A stretch of 64,000 nucleotides of DNA from Paragordius varius (Eukaryota; Animalia; Nematomorpha). The translations under genes were made by a program, and so were the position numbers. Shown here piece by piece: positions 14,495 to 26,818 of the stretch. The notes under the pieces were generated by a model. The model ran no database searches, was not told the DNA's origin, and saw only the letters and a list, made by a program, of their open reading frames with translations. The stretch covers positions 4,588,001-4,652,000 of the forward strand of contig OZ176055.1 of the NCBI GenBank assembly GCA_964247055.1, in the 5' to 3' direction. The first letter of the stretch is position 1. Each line of letters starts with the position of its first letter.

Positions 14495-16962
14495 TTTTGA
14501 TTCTATTTATTATAAAACTCATATCTTGCTATCTTTAAACACCTTTTAATTACAGTATAGCTTTTTATTGTTAAATCAATATAACGAGGGCGAAAAAAAT
14601 TAATCATTCATATTACTTTACACCTATTAAGTCATCTTTTAGTAAACGAGCTTTTGTATGCAAATTACAACTCAATTTATATTTTTTCAAATTTATTAGT
14701 GTTATAGCAATCAATACTTTTGTCTTTTTATTAGGCTGCTCCGGGCTATCATATGGCCAAAAAAATCATTAAATTGATTTGTAATGTGGCCAAAGTGGTT
14801 AATAATGACCCCGCTGTCGGAAACAAACTGAAGATTGTTTTCATTGAGAATTATCGTGTTAGTTTGGCCGAAAAAATGATCCCGGCCTCTGATTTGAGTG
14901 AACAAATTTCTTTAGCCGGTACCGAAGCTTCTGGAACAGGAAACATGAAACTGATGGTTTGAACTAAATTCATTTTTTATTACACCTATTTCTTTATAAT
15001 TTTATCTTTCATACATTATAATATATATATTTTCTGTAAAAAAATAGAATTGATTTTTGTTTAAAAACCATATTTTTGATCCTTGATCTTGCAACTCTTT
15101 TGTATTCTGAAACAAGGAGTAGAGATATAAAGGGATTTACTTAATTTCTTATTGCACATTTATAATCGATTGTGCAATATGATAGAAAAAATGGATCAAA
15201 GAATATGGGTTGTTCAATAATTAAAATATTTATCTTTTTTGTAAATCCCTTTACTTTAACACAAAGTTTTTTTTTAAACAAATATTTTTAGTTTATTGCG
15301 CAATAGTTTATCAAATTTTACCATATAATAACGTTTAAAACCTAGTTTTTATTACAAACATTATTTTTTTTTAATTTTTTAGTTGAATGGTGCCCTTACG
15401 ATTGGAACGCTTGATGGTGCGAATGTTGAAATGGCAGAGGAAATGGGAAAGGAAAATATTTTCATTTTCGGAATGACGGTCGAAGAAGTCGATCAACTTT
15501 GGGCTAAAGGGTATTAATTTTCTCACAATTTTTCACAAATTAAAAATTTGGGTTTACAGATATGATGGTATTAAAAATTTAAATATTTAATTAGCATTTG
15601 ATGATTTGATTTATAAAAGGGATTGCTCAATTTACAACCAGTTATATTTTTTGATTGTATTGTTTAATATTGATGCTAACTTCTAATAATTTATATCAAA
15701 TTAATATGACGTTAATTTTCCATATAATGATTTCCAATAAAACACATGCGAAATTATGCAAACTGATCCACTGCTATAAGAAATCGATATTGTAATATTT
15801 CTGAAAATATATATTATGAAAAATAAAATATATGTCGTTATATGTAAGATACAATCCTCGATCTTACTATGATCGCATTCCAGAGTTGAAAGAATGTATC
15901 GATCAAATTCAAAATGGTATTTTTAGCCCGGAACAGCATGATTTATTCCACGATGTTACCAATAGTTTGTTGAATAATGACAGGTACCTTATATAATTAA
16001 TTCTCTAACCATTAGATACTGTTTGTTTGCCGATTACGAAAGTTACATTTCGACGCAAGATAAGGTGTCTAAATTGTTTCAGGTATGGTATATTATATTT
16101 TATAACTTACTTCTTCACATTTATAATAGTATTATAAATAAATTTTCAGAGGACGTCAAATATATAAAGTTAATATAGACTATTTCAACCCCGCAAATTA
16201 AAAATTCAAAAATTATCAATTTCTTATAAAGCCAACCATATATTTTATATAGATTATTAGCTTAAATCTCGGGCTGCTACGCAGCCCAAGGAAGTCCTTC
16301 GGACTTCTTGGGGGGGGGGGGCAAATATTTTGTCTTTTTACGCGTATGATCTCATATTTTTGGCGAAAAATAGCCTTAAAAACATATTGTTGAGCGGTAA
16401 GGGTATGGCCCCAAGCACACAAAATTTAAACAATGTTAACAAAAAATATTTATTCAGCTGTGATCTTACTATAAAAAACCTTAGTTATTATATTGTGCGA
16501 GGAATATTGTTCGGATTTATATTTTTACAAGCATAAAATTGAATTTTAGGTATAAAACATAAAAACTAATTGGTAAATATTTTTCTGAAAAATATACATA
16601 CTGATTTTTTTACATATAATTAATTTTTGCGTTGCAAAATAAGAAGTAAAATGGTAACCAACTCTTTTATAATAAATATTGTAATTATGTATGCAGTTGA
16701 AAAAAGATATAGTTGTTTTTTAATTTTTATGTTTTGTCTGTATAATTTTATTGCATGACTTTTAATATCTCTATTTGTTGTACGTTTGTTTTAGGATCCG
16801 ATAGCATGGACTAAAATGTGCATTTTGAACATTGCTGGAGCGGGTAAGTTTAGTAGCGATCGCACAATCACCGAATATGCCAAAGACATTTGGAACGTGA
16901 AACCGACTGATGTTAAACTCCCGCATCCAAGTGAGGCACCGAAATCTGCCGCTCGCCAATAA
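8502..16962 (+). CDS. PYG: Glycogen phosphorylase, 17 exons, 849 aa
   Basis: Exons 8502-8747, 8773-8874, 8904-9086, 9723-9854, 10135-10246, 10447-10529, 10600-10836, 11972-12118, 12954-13117, 13550-13664, 13741-13842, 14231-14437, 14735-14956, 15383-15510, 15849-15983, 16016-16082, 16795-16962. All introns are GT-AG and the total is 2550 nt in one frame. Motifs: RKQISVRGI (regulatory Ser), [40 protein letters not shown] (PLP lysine), [16 protein letters not shown]. Confidence 0.97.
12297..12478. mobile_element. Small TIR element (about 55-bp inverted repeats), Tc1-like
   Basis: TA|CAGTATGCATTTTAATGGTTGCTTATTTCACACTATAGTTGGGCAATT pairs with AATTACCCTACTATAGTCTGAAATGAGCAACCATTAATATGCATTGTG. 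Confidence 0.72.
12519..12861. mobile_element. TA-flanked MITE family A: TIRs built from 21-bp tandem repeats
   Basis: TA|TACCATTTACA...TGTAAATGGTA|TA with arms of (AATTCAAATTCACCCTTGAAC)n. Located in phosphorylase intron 8; the core is inverted relative to the other copies. Confidence 0.85.
14461..14492. repeat. (AT)16 microsatellite in a phosphorylase intron
   Basis: Directly visible. Confidence 0.95.
16257..16400 (-). mobile_element. Helitron 3'-end fragment in the last intron of the phosphorylase gene
   Basis: CTTGGGCTGC-GTA-GCAGCCCGAG hairpin plus ATTTAAGCTAA|T, and GAAGTCCTTCGGACTT shared with the other copies. The 5' boundary is unclear. Confidence 0.65.
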
Positions 16963-17300
16963 TCAATCACATTATGATTACATCAAAAGTGTTGCAATAT
17001 CATGCATAAAACAATTATTCATAATTAATTTATTTTAATATATAGATATATATGTACCTATAATTTACAACATTAGACAGTAAGTTAATGCAAAATTATT
17101 ATTAATGTCATTTAAAACAGACACAAACACCCACTTATTTGAAATTATTTATTGATAGATTCTTCAGTCTTGTTTGCCATTATAATTTTTTATTTATTTA
17201 TCAATATTTCTCTCGTTGTGCTTATAGTATTAATAATATGAAATGTTTCATAATATAGGTATGTATGTGTATATTTATTTCAATTGTTTTCACGTGGCGA

Positions 17301-18572
17301 TCACATTTTAGGAACATTTAATAAAAAATTTGATGATCCAGGAAGGTAGGAAACTCCGCGTGATTGAGAAAGTTGATAAGCTATATCTTCGGCTGCTTCT
17401 AGCCTTCTCAACTCAATCAATCCTTCACCAGATTGTGCCACGGCTTTTGCAATTAATTCGGCGGCCTATTATATAGAATATATGATATGACCGAAATCGT
17501 TGTTGAAATACTGAAACCAAAAAAACGCAATGCCGAATTTTTTTGGTGTTTTTTATTTTATTTGTATGGTAAAAGTAGACTATTTTTTAGCACACATAAT
17601 ACGTGTAATTATCTAGCTATTTATGAATATTATATCAAAATGATTAGGCTTCCTTAAAAACGGAACTAAAATAATAATCATTTTTAAATAAGGGAATCAA
17701 AATTAAAACTAATTAGTCGCAAAAATTATTAGAAAAACCGTAACTCTGGTTTATGTGAAACCGGGACCTAAAATAAAGTTAATTTAGAATTAGAATTTAA
17801 CGGGATTATTACGGTTCATAAAAAGTAAAGTTAATTATTAGAAATTAACCAAAATAAAATACTTTTGAGTCGCCTTCAGCAGCAATAATTGCAGCTTTTT
17901 TGGTTTGTTCAGCTTTTTCGACTCTGAATCGGGCACGCTCCGCTTCTTGTTGCGCAACTTGTTTTAATTCAACGGCTTCTGTAAATTCTCGCCCAAAACT
18001 TAAATGCGTTAGCGATATATCATCCAAGAAAAGTCCAAAACGTGATGCTCTTTCCGTAAGTTCGGAATTGACTTTGCGTGAAACAAGTTCTCTTTGGGTT
18101 ATTAACTCACTCGCGTCGAATTGAGCGACTACCGCTTTTAATACCTAACATAAAAGGATAAAAGCATACTTCGTTAGTAATGGAGGGCAAAACTCTTTCC
18201 TCAAAATCGATACCCAAATTTTTGTATATATCTGGTAAGCGGTCTGGCATAGGTCGAAATAAAATTCGCAAAGTGATGCTAACATTTTGCAAATCTTTGC
18301 TTCCAGTAATAACAGGAACGTTTCTTGGTTTGGATCGAATATCAAATATAATTGGCTTTTGTATGAAAGGAATCAAAAAATGTGTCCCTTCACCTGTAAC
18401 ATTTGGTTTTACTCCTTTAAAGCGATCAAAAATAACAGCTCTTTGGCCTCCATCAACATTAAACAAGGCAGAATTTATAATTCCACCAGTAATTGCTAAT
18501 CCCAATCCTATGATTAGCGTAAAATCCCAATATACCTAATCGTCCAATGTTATTAAACAACTGGCTGCTCAT
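17301..18572 (-). CDS. PHB1: Prohibitin 1 (SPFH/band-7), 4 exons, 273 aa
   Basis: Exons 18572-18536, 18507-18170, 18144-17863, 17465-17301 (822 nt). Translation includes [83 protein letters not shown]. Confidence 0.96.
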
Positions 18573-18793
18573 GCTTTTTAATATGGTGATTCCTGTACTG
18601 AGCGTATGAAGGCGTATCAAATGATTCACTACAAATACACATGGTATATTTTTATATTTAAGTTATTATAAACAATTTATTGAATTTAAATGATTAAAAA
18701 CATTTTAATTTACAGTTTTACAGTCATAAAATATAACCTGATAGCACTTACTTGTATATGTAATTTTTTTGCTATCACATTATTTTGCATTAA

Positions 18794-19343
18794 CACTTCG
18801 ATTCAAATTGAGGTATCTAAATACCCCAGACTAAATTTAAATTAAAATTTTTAAAAAACTACTGAAGAAAACCGTAATTTAAATTTATGCTTCTATCCTG
18901 ATAAATATTATATAAATATGCCAAAGTATCTTGATAAGTTACATCTCAAACTACTTCCACGCCATTTTTATTTTACAAAAATTTTGCAAAATATCGTCTT
19001 CATTTAATTTTAAGGGTAAAACTAAAGCTTATTTTTTATATAAATTACATCTAACATTGATAGAAATAGAAAAAGCGGTTTATTTTGTATTATTTTTTAA
19101 ATTTACAATTTGACACATGTCACCTAACTAAATTTTTACCTTTCATTTTTAGCTCAAAATAAGTAATATCAAGTATTTTTGAATAAATTTTTTTATATAT
19201 TTCGGTTAATTAATGTTATGTAAGTGCAAAATTTTGCCATGGTTTCGATTCCATACTTTGTAAAGTATTTGATTTTAAACAGGCCTGGGGTATCCAACTA
19301 CTCTTTGAACTGAAGGACTAAAATGAATGTGTTGATCCAAGTG
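18794..19343. mobile_element. piggyBac-type MITE (550 bp), about 220 bp upstream of PHB1
   Basis: TTAA on both sides; termini CACTTCGAT...ATCCAAGTG; subterminal palindrome (G/A)GGTA-N-TACCCC near each end. Homologous to 6755-7337, 5985-6511 and 29365-29909. Confidence 0.82.
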
Positions 19344-19949
19344 TTAAATATTGGCGAAAAGTTAGAAATAAATATTTTAAATTATAAATATATTATATAT
19401 TGTGGACTTAGCGCATGAAATTGGGAAAAAAATATTGAAATAAAATTTATGATTGATCAGTGTATCAGGATTCTTATGTTGAATTTTTGCCTATGAGAGA
19501 TTAAGAAATGTTGTTCCCACTTTTATGGTTATGGCTCAACATCAAATCGCATTAGTCCACATTATATGAAATTTTTCATTCCAAAAATTATGGGTATTTA
19601 AAAAGCAAAATAATATTTTTATATATTAGATGTTGGCTTTGAAAATGCTAGCCTCATCTAACATGGCCTATTCTTTTCAAAAAAGGTAAAATGCTATTGT
19701 GCGAAAATATTTATGTATGTGGGATTAACCAGGAGTGTCTAAAATGGATCTCTGCTCGTGCGGTCCGCAATAAATTTGGAAATAATTATTGCTCACAAAA
19801 TCTTAATGAAATTGATATTCCTGATAATTTTCAAGATAATCTTTCAATTTACGAACTGGAAAAAATTGTATGTTCGCATTTTACAGTCATATTTTTGACT
19901 AACTTATAAATTATTTATATTTATATACATAGCGTCAAACTTGGGGGGT

Positions 19950-21330
19950 ATATATATTCTGATAGGAAAATGTATCAGAATAAATATATGCTTTTGGTTT
20001 TCCTTACGAGTGAATTAAGAAAGTTATTTAAAATTTTGTACTAAGTTCCATATCTAATGACAAAATTTGAGCATTTATGTAATAATTTTTTTTTATCTCT
20101 TCAAAAGTTTAATTTAATAGTTCGTTTACTTGGTGATTTTTTTTATAAAAAATCGCAATTTATATTTGACATTTATTTATGGATAAACAAAAATTTTTAT
20201 TATTCTGATGTAATAGAAATGTTCAGCATCATTAGATTATATAGAAAAATTGTTTTCGATATCTAAAAGGGTTTTATACCGTTTCCATAACGCCTCAAAA
20301 AATTATAAAACACGCTTCAACAAAATTATGCAAAAATGAGATTTTTATAAAAGAACGCTTTTTGTGAATAATTTAGTTGATGTCAATTAGCATATATTTA
20401 AAATTTTATCTGGCAATCGCATTTTTGCGTTTATTATAAAATAACTAGCCCGTTTTGAAAAAATTTGGGACTTTCGGAGGCCAGATCTAAAAATTAAATA
20501 TTATAAAAAATTTGTTTTGCTTTTTATAAGTAGTTTATGATTTATTTTAGCGATATTTTTAGGAATGAAATATTTAGCTTTCTTCAAAAAAATTTTTTTT
20601 ACAAAAATGAAATATTATTATTTTCTGATATGGAGCACTAACCACAAAAGGGTAATCAACTTTCTTATAAACCTCGTAAAACAAAACTAAAAGCACCATG
20701 AGATTACCGATAAATTTTTTAATCGGAATACATATATATTATATCATGACATTTTTTGTAAGTTGAGCAATGATATCGCCACAAAACTGATTTAAATTTT
20801 TTTTTTTTATGTCACATATCTTTTTTTATATTCCCCAAAATTTGAAAGTAAACAAACCTTTAAAAAATAATTTTAAAGCGATAAAAATGTTCAGCGTCAT
20901 TAATTATATATAAAAAGTGTTTTTTAAATCTAAAAGCGTTTGTATACCGTTTCATTAAAAATAATCGAAGGTACATTTAAATTTTTTTTGGTAATTTTTC
21001 TAAAAGTATGCATTTTTTAAAAATATATTTTTTTGATGTCAAAATTTAGCTTATATTTTAAAATTTGCGTTTATTTTAAAACGAGCCCTTTATAGAAGAC
21101 CAAAAAATTTCTGATCGGAGCCCACATCTAAAAATTATATTGTTTTGCTTTTTATAAGTATATATATATTAGTAATATTTTTTGAAAATAGGCTAAAAAA
21201 TTATTCAAAAACGTGGTTAGAGGACTTAGTACAAAAATGTAATTAAATTTCTTAATCATTCGTAAGGGCCAAAACCAAAAAAACATGATAAACCTGATAC
21301 ATATTTCTATCAGTAGATATTTATTTCATG
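19950..21330. repeat. Dispersed repeat family G with inverted ends and an internal direct duplication
   Basis: Left GCTTTTGGTTTTCCTTACGAGTGAATTAAGAAA mirrors right TTTCTTAATCATTCGTAAGGGCCAAAACCAAAA. About 20280-20560 is repeated at about 20940-21170. Related sequence occurs at about 5515-5980, 7340-7800, 32280-32800, 54580-55150 and 56030-56800. Confidence 0.6.
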
Positions 21331-22094
21331 TGAAATACTTTTTCATGACCTGCAATTTTGTGCACTGTGTATATTAACCTGATCTAATATTTTTGCTGAA
21401 AGCAAATGATTTTATTTTATTTAACCATATTGGGCATAACAGTATTTTTTTGTATCAATAAATATATATTTGATATAAAAAATGAACTAGCTAGACGTTT
21501 AATAATTGTATTATTGCGTTAAATTACAACCTAATTTTTAAAAAACAATCGTTTTGCCATATGATAAAATATTATAGCTTTGCTTTCATGTCCAAATAAA
21601 ATTCTAAAACTTAAAGTTCAAGAAAATACATTGATCGCTTATTAACTACTTTTCTTTTTTTAATAATATAATGTTTGTTTTGAGTCTTGTGCCAAAAACA
21701 TTTCTTTCGCCTCCGTTTTAATAGAATATTCGTCTTAAGCATATCTGATAAAAGGTGGGTCGAAAAGGGCGAAATGCTATTCCTGTTACTTGATAGCTTT
21801 ACCGCTTTATTTGTCTCAAAGAAATTAGGTTAGCAAAAGAAAACCTCTGCAATCACCTGCGCTGATCGCCAAACCCTCATAAGATACTTAGTTTCTCATT
21901 CTAGACTAAGTTTAAATATTATATACATGATAATATATCTATGTACAACTATTTTGCTATAAAATGTTTTTTGGGTTATAAAAGATTAAAATGTTTTTTA
22001 ATATTGTTAATCTTCTTTTTTTCCATACCATCATATGTTAAAAGCTGATACCGACTGTGTCTCAGAAATCAGTTGATATTGGAGGTAAAATGAT

Positions 22095-25000
22095 ATGGGC
22101 CAAGAATTTTTACCGACGAAGCCCCTTGAATTTATAAAAAGTATAAATTGTTAAAATTTAGATTCCCTCTATTTTTTACCATATAAACCAAATATTGTTG
22201 ATTATGACCTATTTTCAATTGATGATAAATTAATATATGAGAAGTATTATGTAATCTAATTTATAGTTTTAATAACGACTTTGGCCCATTAAATTTAGCA
22301 TGTCTATATAAGTATTGTAAATTAGTCGATTCAAAAATTGCTGTTTTATCAAAAGCTTTATTACATTATTCGAATAACGGCCCAGAAAAATTGTCAAATG
22401 CCGCATATTTAATTGGCTCATATTTGGTTCGATAATATATTAATGTTAGGTTATCAATAATCTTAAAAACCCCAAGGAAATTCTTAATATTTTTGAATCA
22501 GAAAAGATAAGATTTTTGCCCTTTAGGTAAGTTTTATAATTTTTTAATTAATCTTAATCAAAATGTAGACTTTACTTATAATATTGGTATCAAAATGATC
22601 TTTTAACTGATGGTATTAGCTTATATAAATCAACGGTTTCTTATTTTTGTCTACCTTGTATTTTTTAAAAAAAGTGGCGCTCAATAAAATATTTTGCTCG
22701 ATTATAATTTTAAATTGCAAACGTTTTTCTTTCTAAATATTGTTTGAATTCGAACCCCCTAAAAAATCGCACCATCTAAATCACTTTTTTTGGCTCTATT
22801 TTTTTTTGTGAACAAATAGGAACTTTCCGCTTGAGTTGGTGATATTTTATAACATTATGTAAAAAATTTATAAATAACTCGATAAGATTAATCAAGGTCC
22901 AAAAAATAATTTCATATTTCCATTCTTATGTATTATGACAATATGCTACTTTTTAATTGACTGCTATTATAAAATCGCATTATTATTTTTTTGTATAAAT
23001 TCCTATTTTCTCATTTTTACCTCTATCATATTAATAATGTCATAATTCAGAGATGCATCACTGATGCCAACACAGTATGCTTTGACACTAGAGAATGTAT
23101 GGGAAGGGGTTGAAAAAGTATTATCAAATGTAAAATATTTAGGCTTGCCATCTAAAATTTTTAGATTTTTCCAAATTTGACCTAATGGCCTATGAACACT
23201 ATGAGGTATTGTAATTTTATTATCATTAAAGAAAGTTGAAAATGGCGATATGAATTGGATTATTCCTGGCAAAATTTTAGCCTTTTGTGGTCCGGAATGT
23301 GTTGATCCGCTATATAGAGCAACGTTTTCATCCAATTATCTTAATGGAAAAAATAATAAAGGTTTTAATTTTGCATTACTGTACTATTTTTCCAATCTCT
23401 TAATACATAGGTTTATTGGTTTTTATCTATAACTAAAATTTTATAAACGGTCACATCAATATCCCCTATAATTTCATTTATACATTAAATATTTTTAGAA
23501 ACACCCAATCCTGGGCTGATTAATCTTAATTGCAATCATCATCCGCCAGAGTTTTATGTACCTTACTTTAAAGCGTCAAATGTGTGTTTAGTTGTTCGAT
23601 TAAATGAACCTGATAAATATCAAGCCCAACAATTCATCAAAAATGGAATACATCATCGGTATTCAAATTAATTTTTTAATTCTTGGAGATTTTGATTTAA
23701 TTTTTAATACATAATAATAATTTGGAAAACAAACTGATAATCAAATGGAATTTATTAGTAATATGGTTACAAATATATAATATTATCTTTAATATCCACT
23801 CATAAAACATAAATTTTAAGGTGTTGACATTTAAACATTTTTTATAGTTTAAATTATAATGTTATAATACCTTATTTAATGTAATACCAAATATTTAACT
23901 TTGTATATTTTGATTAAATATACATAATTCGTTTTTTATATAGGGATTTATTTTTTCCTGATGGTGCTTTACCCACTATGCAAATCGTAAAACACTTTTT
24001 ACATTTGTGCAAATTAGTGGATAATAATTTGATACGCGAAGAATCTTACGATTATAGTGGAGATGTATTAGCCGTGCTTGATTGTATATATTTTTATGCT
24101 ATATTTTTTTGTTATTTCTCATCATTTCATTGTTTTTATCTTTTTTAGCTAAAAATGGTTTCGCCAACAATAACACAATTAAACGGGCGATGGCTGTACA
24201 CTGCAAAGGTTTACATTCGTAAAATTTTTATATTTTTTGTAGCATAATATATAGAGCCTAAGGATTTAAAAAATTTTAAAGAACGAATTTTTTTATTTGT
24301 AACTACTTTTATTAATATATTTATCATAGAAAGGATATTCGTATATGACGTGAAATAAAAATTATATTTAACATTGTGCAGGATTCAAATATATTGTTAC
24401 AATATTTTCTTAACTAGATATAAAGGTGTGATCTTGTTGCTAAACGATATGATAATTTTAATTGAAATTCCGGAAATATTTCATTATTTTAGGAAAAAAT
24501 TTAGTTTCTTTCATAAATCATTTGATGATTCTGGAATTATTTTTGGAATCGTCATTTATGATTAGATTTTTGCTTTGAATAATTGTTTTTTATAGTTATG
24601 ATTTATCTTGAAATATCATTAGATATCTATATAATTCGTTTTATCAGGTAAGATGTGAAAAATTGGTAAAATAGATCCGTTTTAATTTGGTTGATTCGGT
24701 TATTATCTTAAAGATGCCAGTAAATTTTTTATAACGGATTTCTAAAATGATTTAAAGCCAAATTTATATGTAAATAATTGATTGAGCTTTTAAAGCGCCT
24801 TGATTATATTTAACCTTTCAAATAAGCTAAACAACATACTAACATCATATTTTTATACAGTTCATTTTTTGGTTAATCCAAAAGGTATACTAGATATTAC
24901 AAGTAACGGTTGAATTATTTGAAAATTATCAAATGGAAATTAAACATCTATAAGCATTAAAAATCCTTAAATTTAATTAAAATTTTTGCTATTTTCCTTT

Positions 25001-26551
25001 ACAATAACTTTTTATGCATGTTTTAGCCGGTCTGGGAAGGACGGGCACACTGATTGCATGTTATTTGATTGCCCAATACAAATTTAAAGCACACGAAGCA
25101 ATTGGTTGGATAAGAATATGTCGGCCTGGTTCCATATTGGGACATCAACAAAATTTTTTGGAAAAGTATTTTTACGATTAAATGCACTATATGTATATAG
25201 AATGGAAAGTTATCTTCTTGAGTTTTATGAAAAGAAATATCCCAATTATTTGAAGGAAAGAGTCAATTACTATCATAAAACAGCAAAAAACCACAAGTAT
25301 GTATATACCATTTACAGTTCAAATTCACCCTTGAACAATTCAAACTCACCCTCGAACAATTCAAATTCACCCTTGAACAATTCAAATTTACCCTCGAACA
25401 ATTCAAATTCACCCTAAAAATAAATTATGTGTTTTCGAACTAATATAACTCATTAGTAATATAAAATCTATCTTTGTGGCATAATTTATTATTTTTTCAG
25501 TATTATTTTAATTTAAAACAAAATTTTATTTTTCTAAAATATAATAAAATATAGGTAATTTTTAACTTAAGAAACATGTTATTTATTTGAGGGTGAATTT
25601 GAATTGTTCAAGAGGGAATTTGAACTGTAAATGTTATATTAAATAGGATTTGGTAAAACATAGATACTAATTAAGATAGTTGACGACCCCAACCTATTTA
25701 ATAAGGCGCAGAAAATATTTTATATTTTAATTTGAAGCTTTTGAATAAACTTTTCTTCATAAAAATCATTAATCAATGGCTTATTTAATAGAATATATCC
25801 AACATTTTAATCTGAATGAGGATAGGGTCGTCATCCCAATGTATTAAAGATATTTGTGTTTAGGTCTTTATTTATATATGTTATTATTTTTTATTGACTA
25901 AAATACATAAAATAACAGACAAAGAACTATTTACAAATCATCATATTTTCCTTTTAAATTGTGCTAAAAAAGGGTAAAATAAAGCATACGTCATTCATCA
26001 CCCGACCTCAATAATTATGATTAAATTTTTTAATTGGGCCAAAATAATAACCTTATCTTTTCTGCTATTAGCTATAATATAAAGATCAAATTTAATAACT
26101 ATAACATCCTAATATCAAAATAATTTCCAACGGTTTATTTTTATATTATTTGGGGCACCGTATAAAGGTTAAGAAGAGTTTCGGTAAAAAACAATTAGAT
26201 ACAATCGTTTTAAAGTATGCCATGGACATTTTTTGTTTTTTCGTCACAAACATTTATTGGGGAATTAGTTTTAAAATTGACCGATAAAAAAATAACATTA
26301 TTTAATAAAGCAGGTATATTTGATTATTTTATTTGTTTCTGATAGCCAATTCAATTATTATTCGCATTTAACGAGAACAGATGGGAAAAAATATATGATT
26401 TGATAAATATATATTTTAATTTTGACCATTATATTCACATAGAGAGGACATGGATGGCATTTTTCATAACTTGCAACAAGAAGGATCTAGTCATGTTTTA
26501 AGCTTTGTTTCACCACTCAAAAGAAATAAAAAGAAGACAGCCATAAATTAA
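22095..26551 (+). CDS. CDC14: CDC14 dual-specificity phosphatase, 13 exons, about 442 aa
   Basis: Exons 22095-22140, 22162-22243, 22267-22426, 22450-22526, 23051-23117, 23143-23205, 23232-23361, 23499-23658, 23944-24083, 24149-24208, 25027-25165, 25201-25296, 26443-26551 (1329 nt). Motifs: [48 protein letters not shown], catalytic [23 protein letters not shown]. The last exon is the least certain. Confidence 0.93.
25306..25636. mobile_element. MITE family A copy in CDC14 intron 12
   Basis: Same termini and core; about 5 repeat units on the left, 2 on the right. Confidence 0.85.
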
Positions 26552-26818
26552 TTTATTTATTTATTCTACCTCATATACATTTATATAATTTTTAATGTAT
26601 TAATAATGTTGTATAATACTCAATTCAAACAAAGACAATCAAATACTCCCCCCCTATAATGCATATTTATATATTTATTATGCAAAAAACATCTTATGAT
26701 AGACAAATTATATTTTTTTAATTATTTATTATAATTACAAAAATTAAGATAGTTTATATTCACAAATAAATTTTATAAGGTGTCTCCTCCATCATCATTA
26801 TTTACATCATTCTTGGAG

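Noticed and set aside
17900-18539. Several plus-strand ORFs of 70-119 aa
   Set aside because: Antisense shadows of the PHB1 exons.
19705-19800. Minus-strand ILDTPG, resembling a GTPase G3 box
   Set aside because: Stops flank it in frame, I could not splice it into a longer ORF, and no P-loop is nearby.
23003-23335. 110-aa minus-strand ORF
   Set aside because: Antisense to CDC14 exons 5-7, whose plus-strand reading has clear family motifs.
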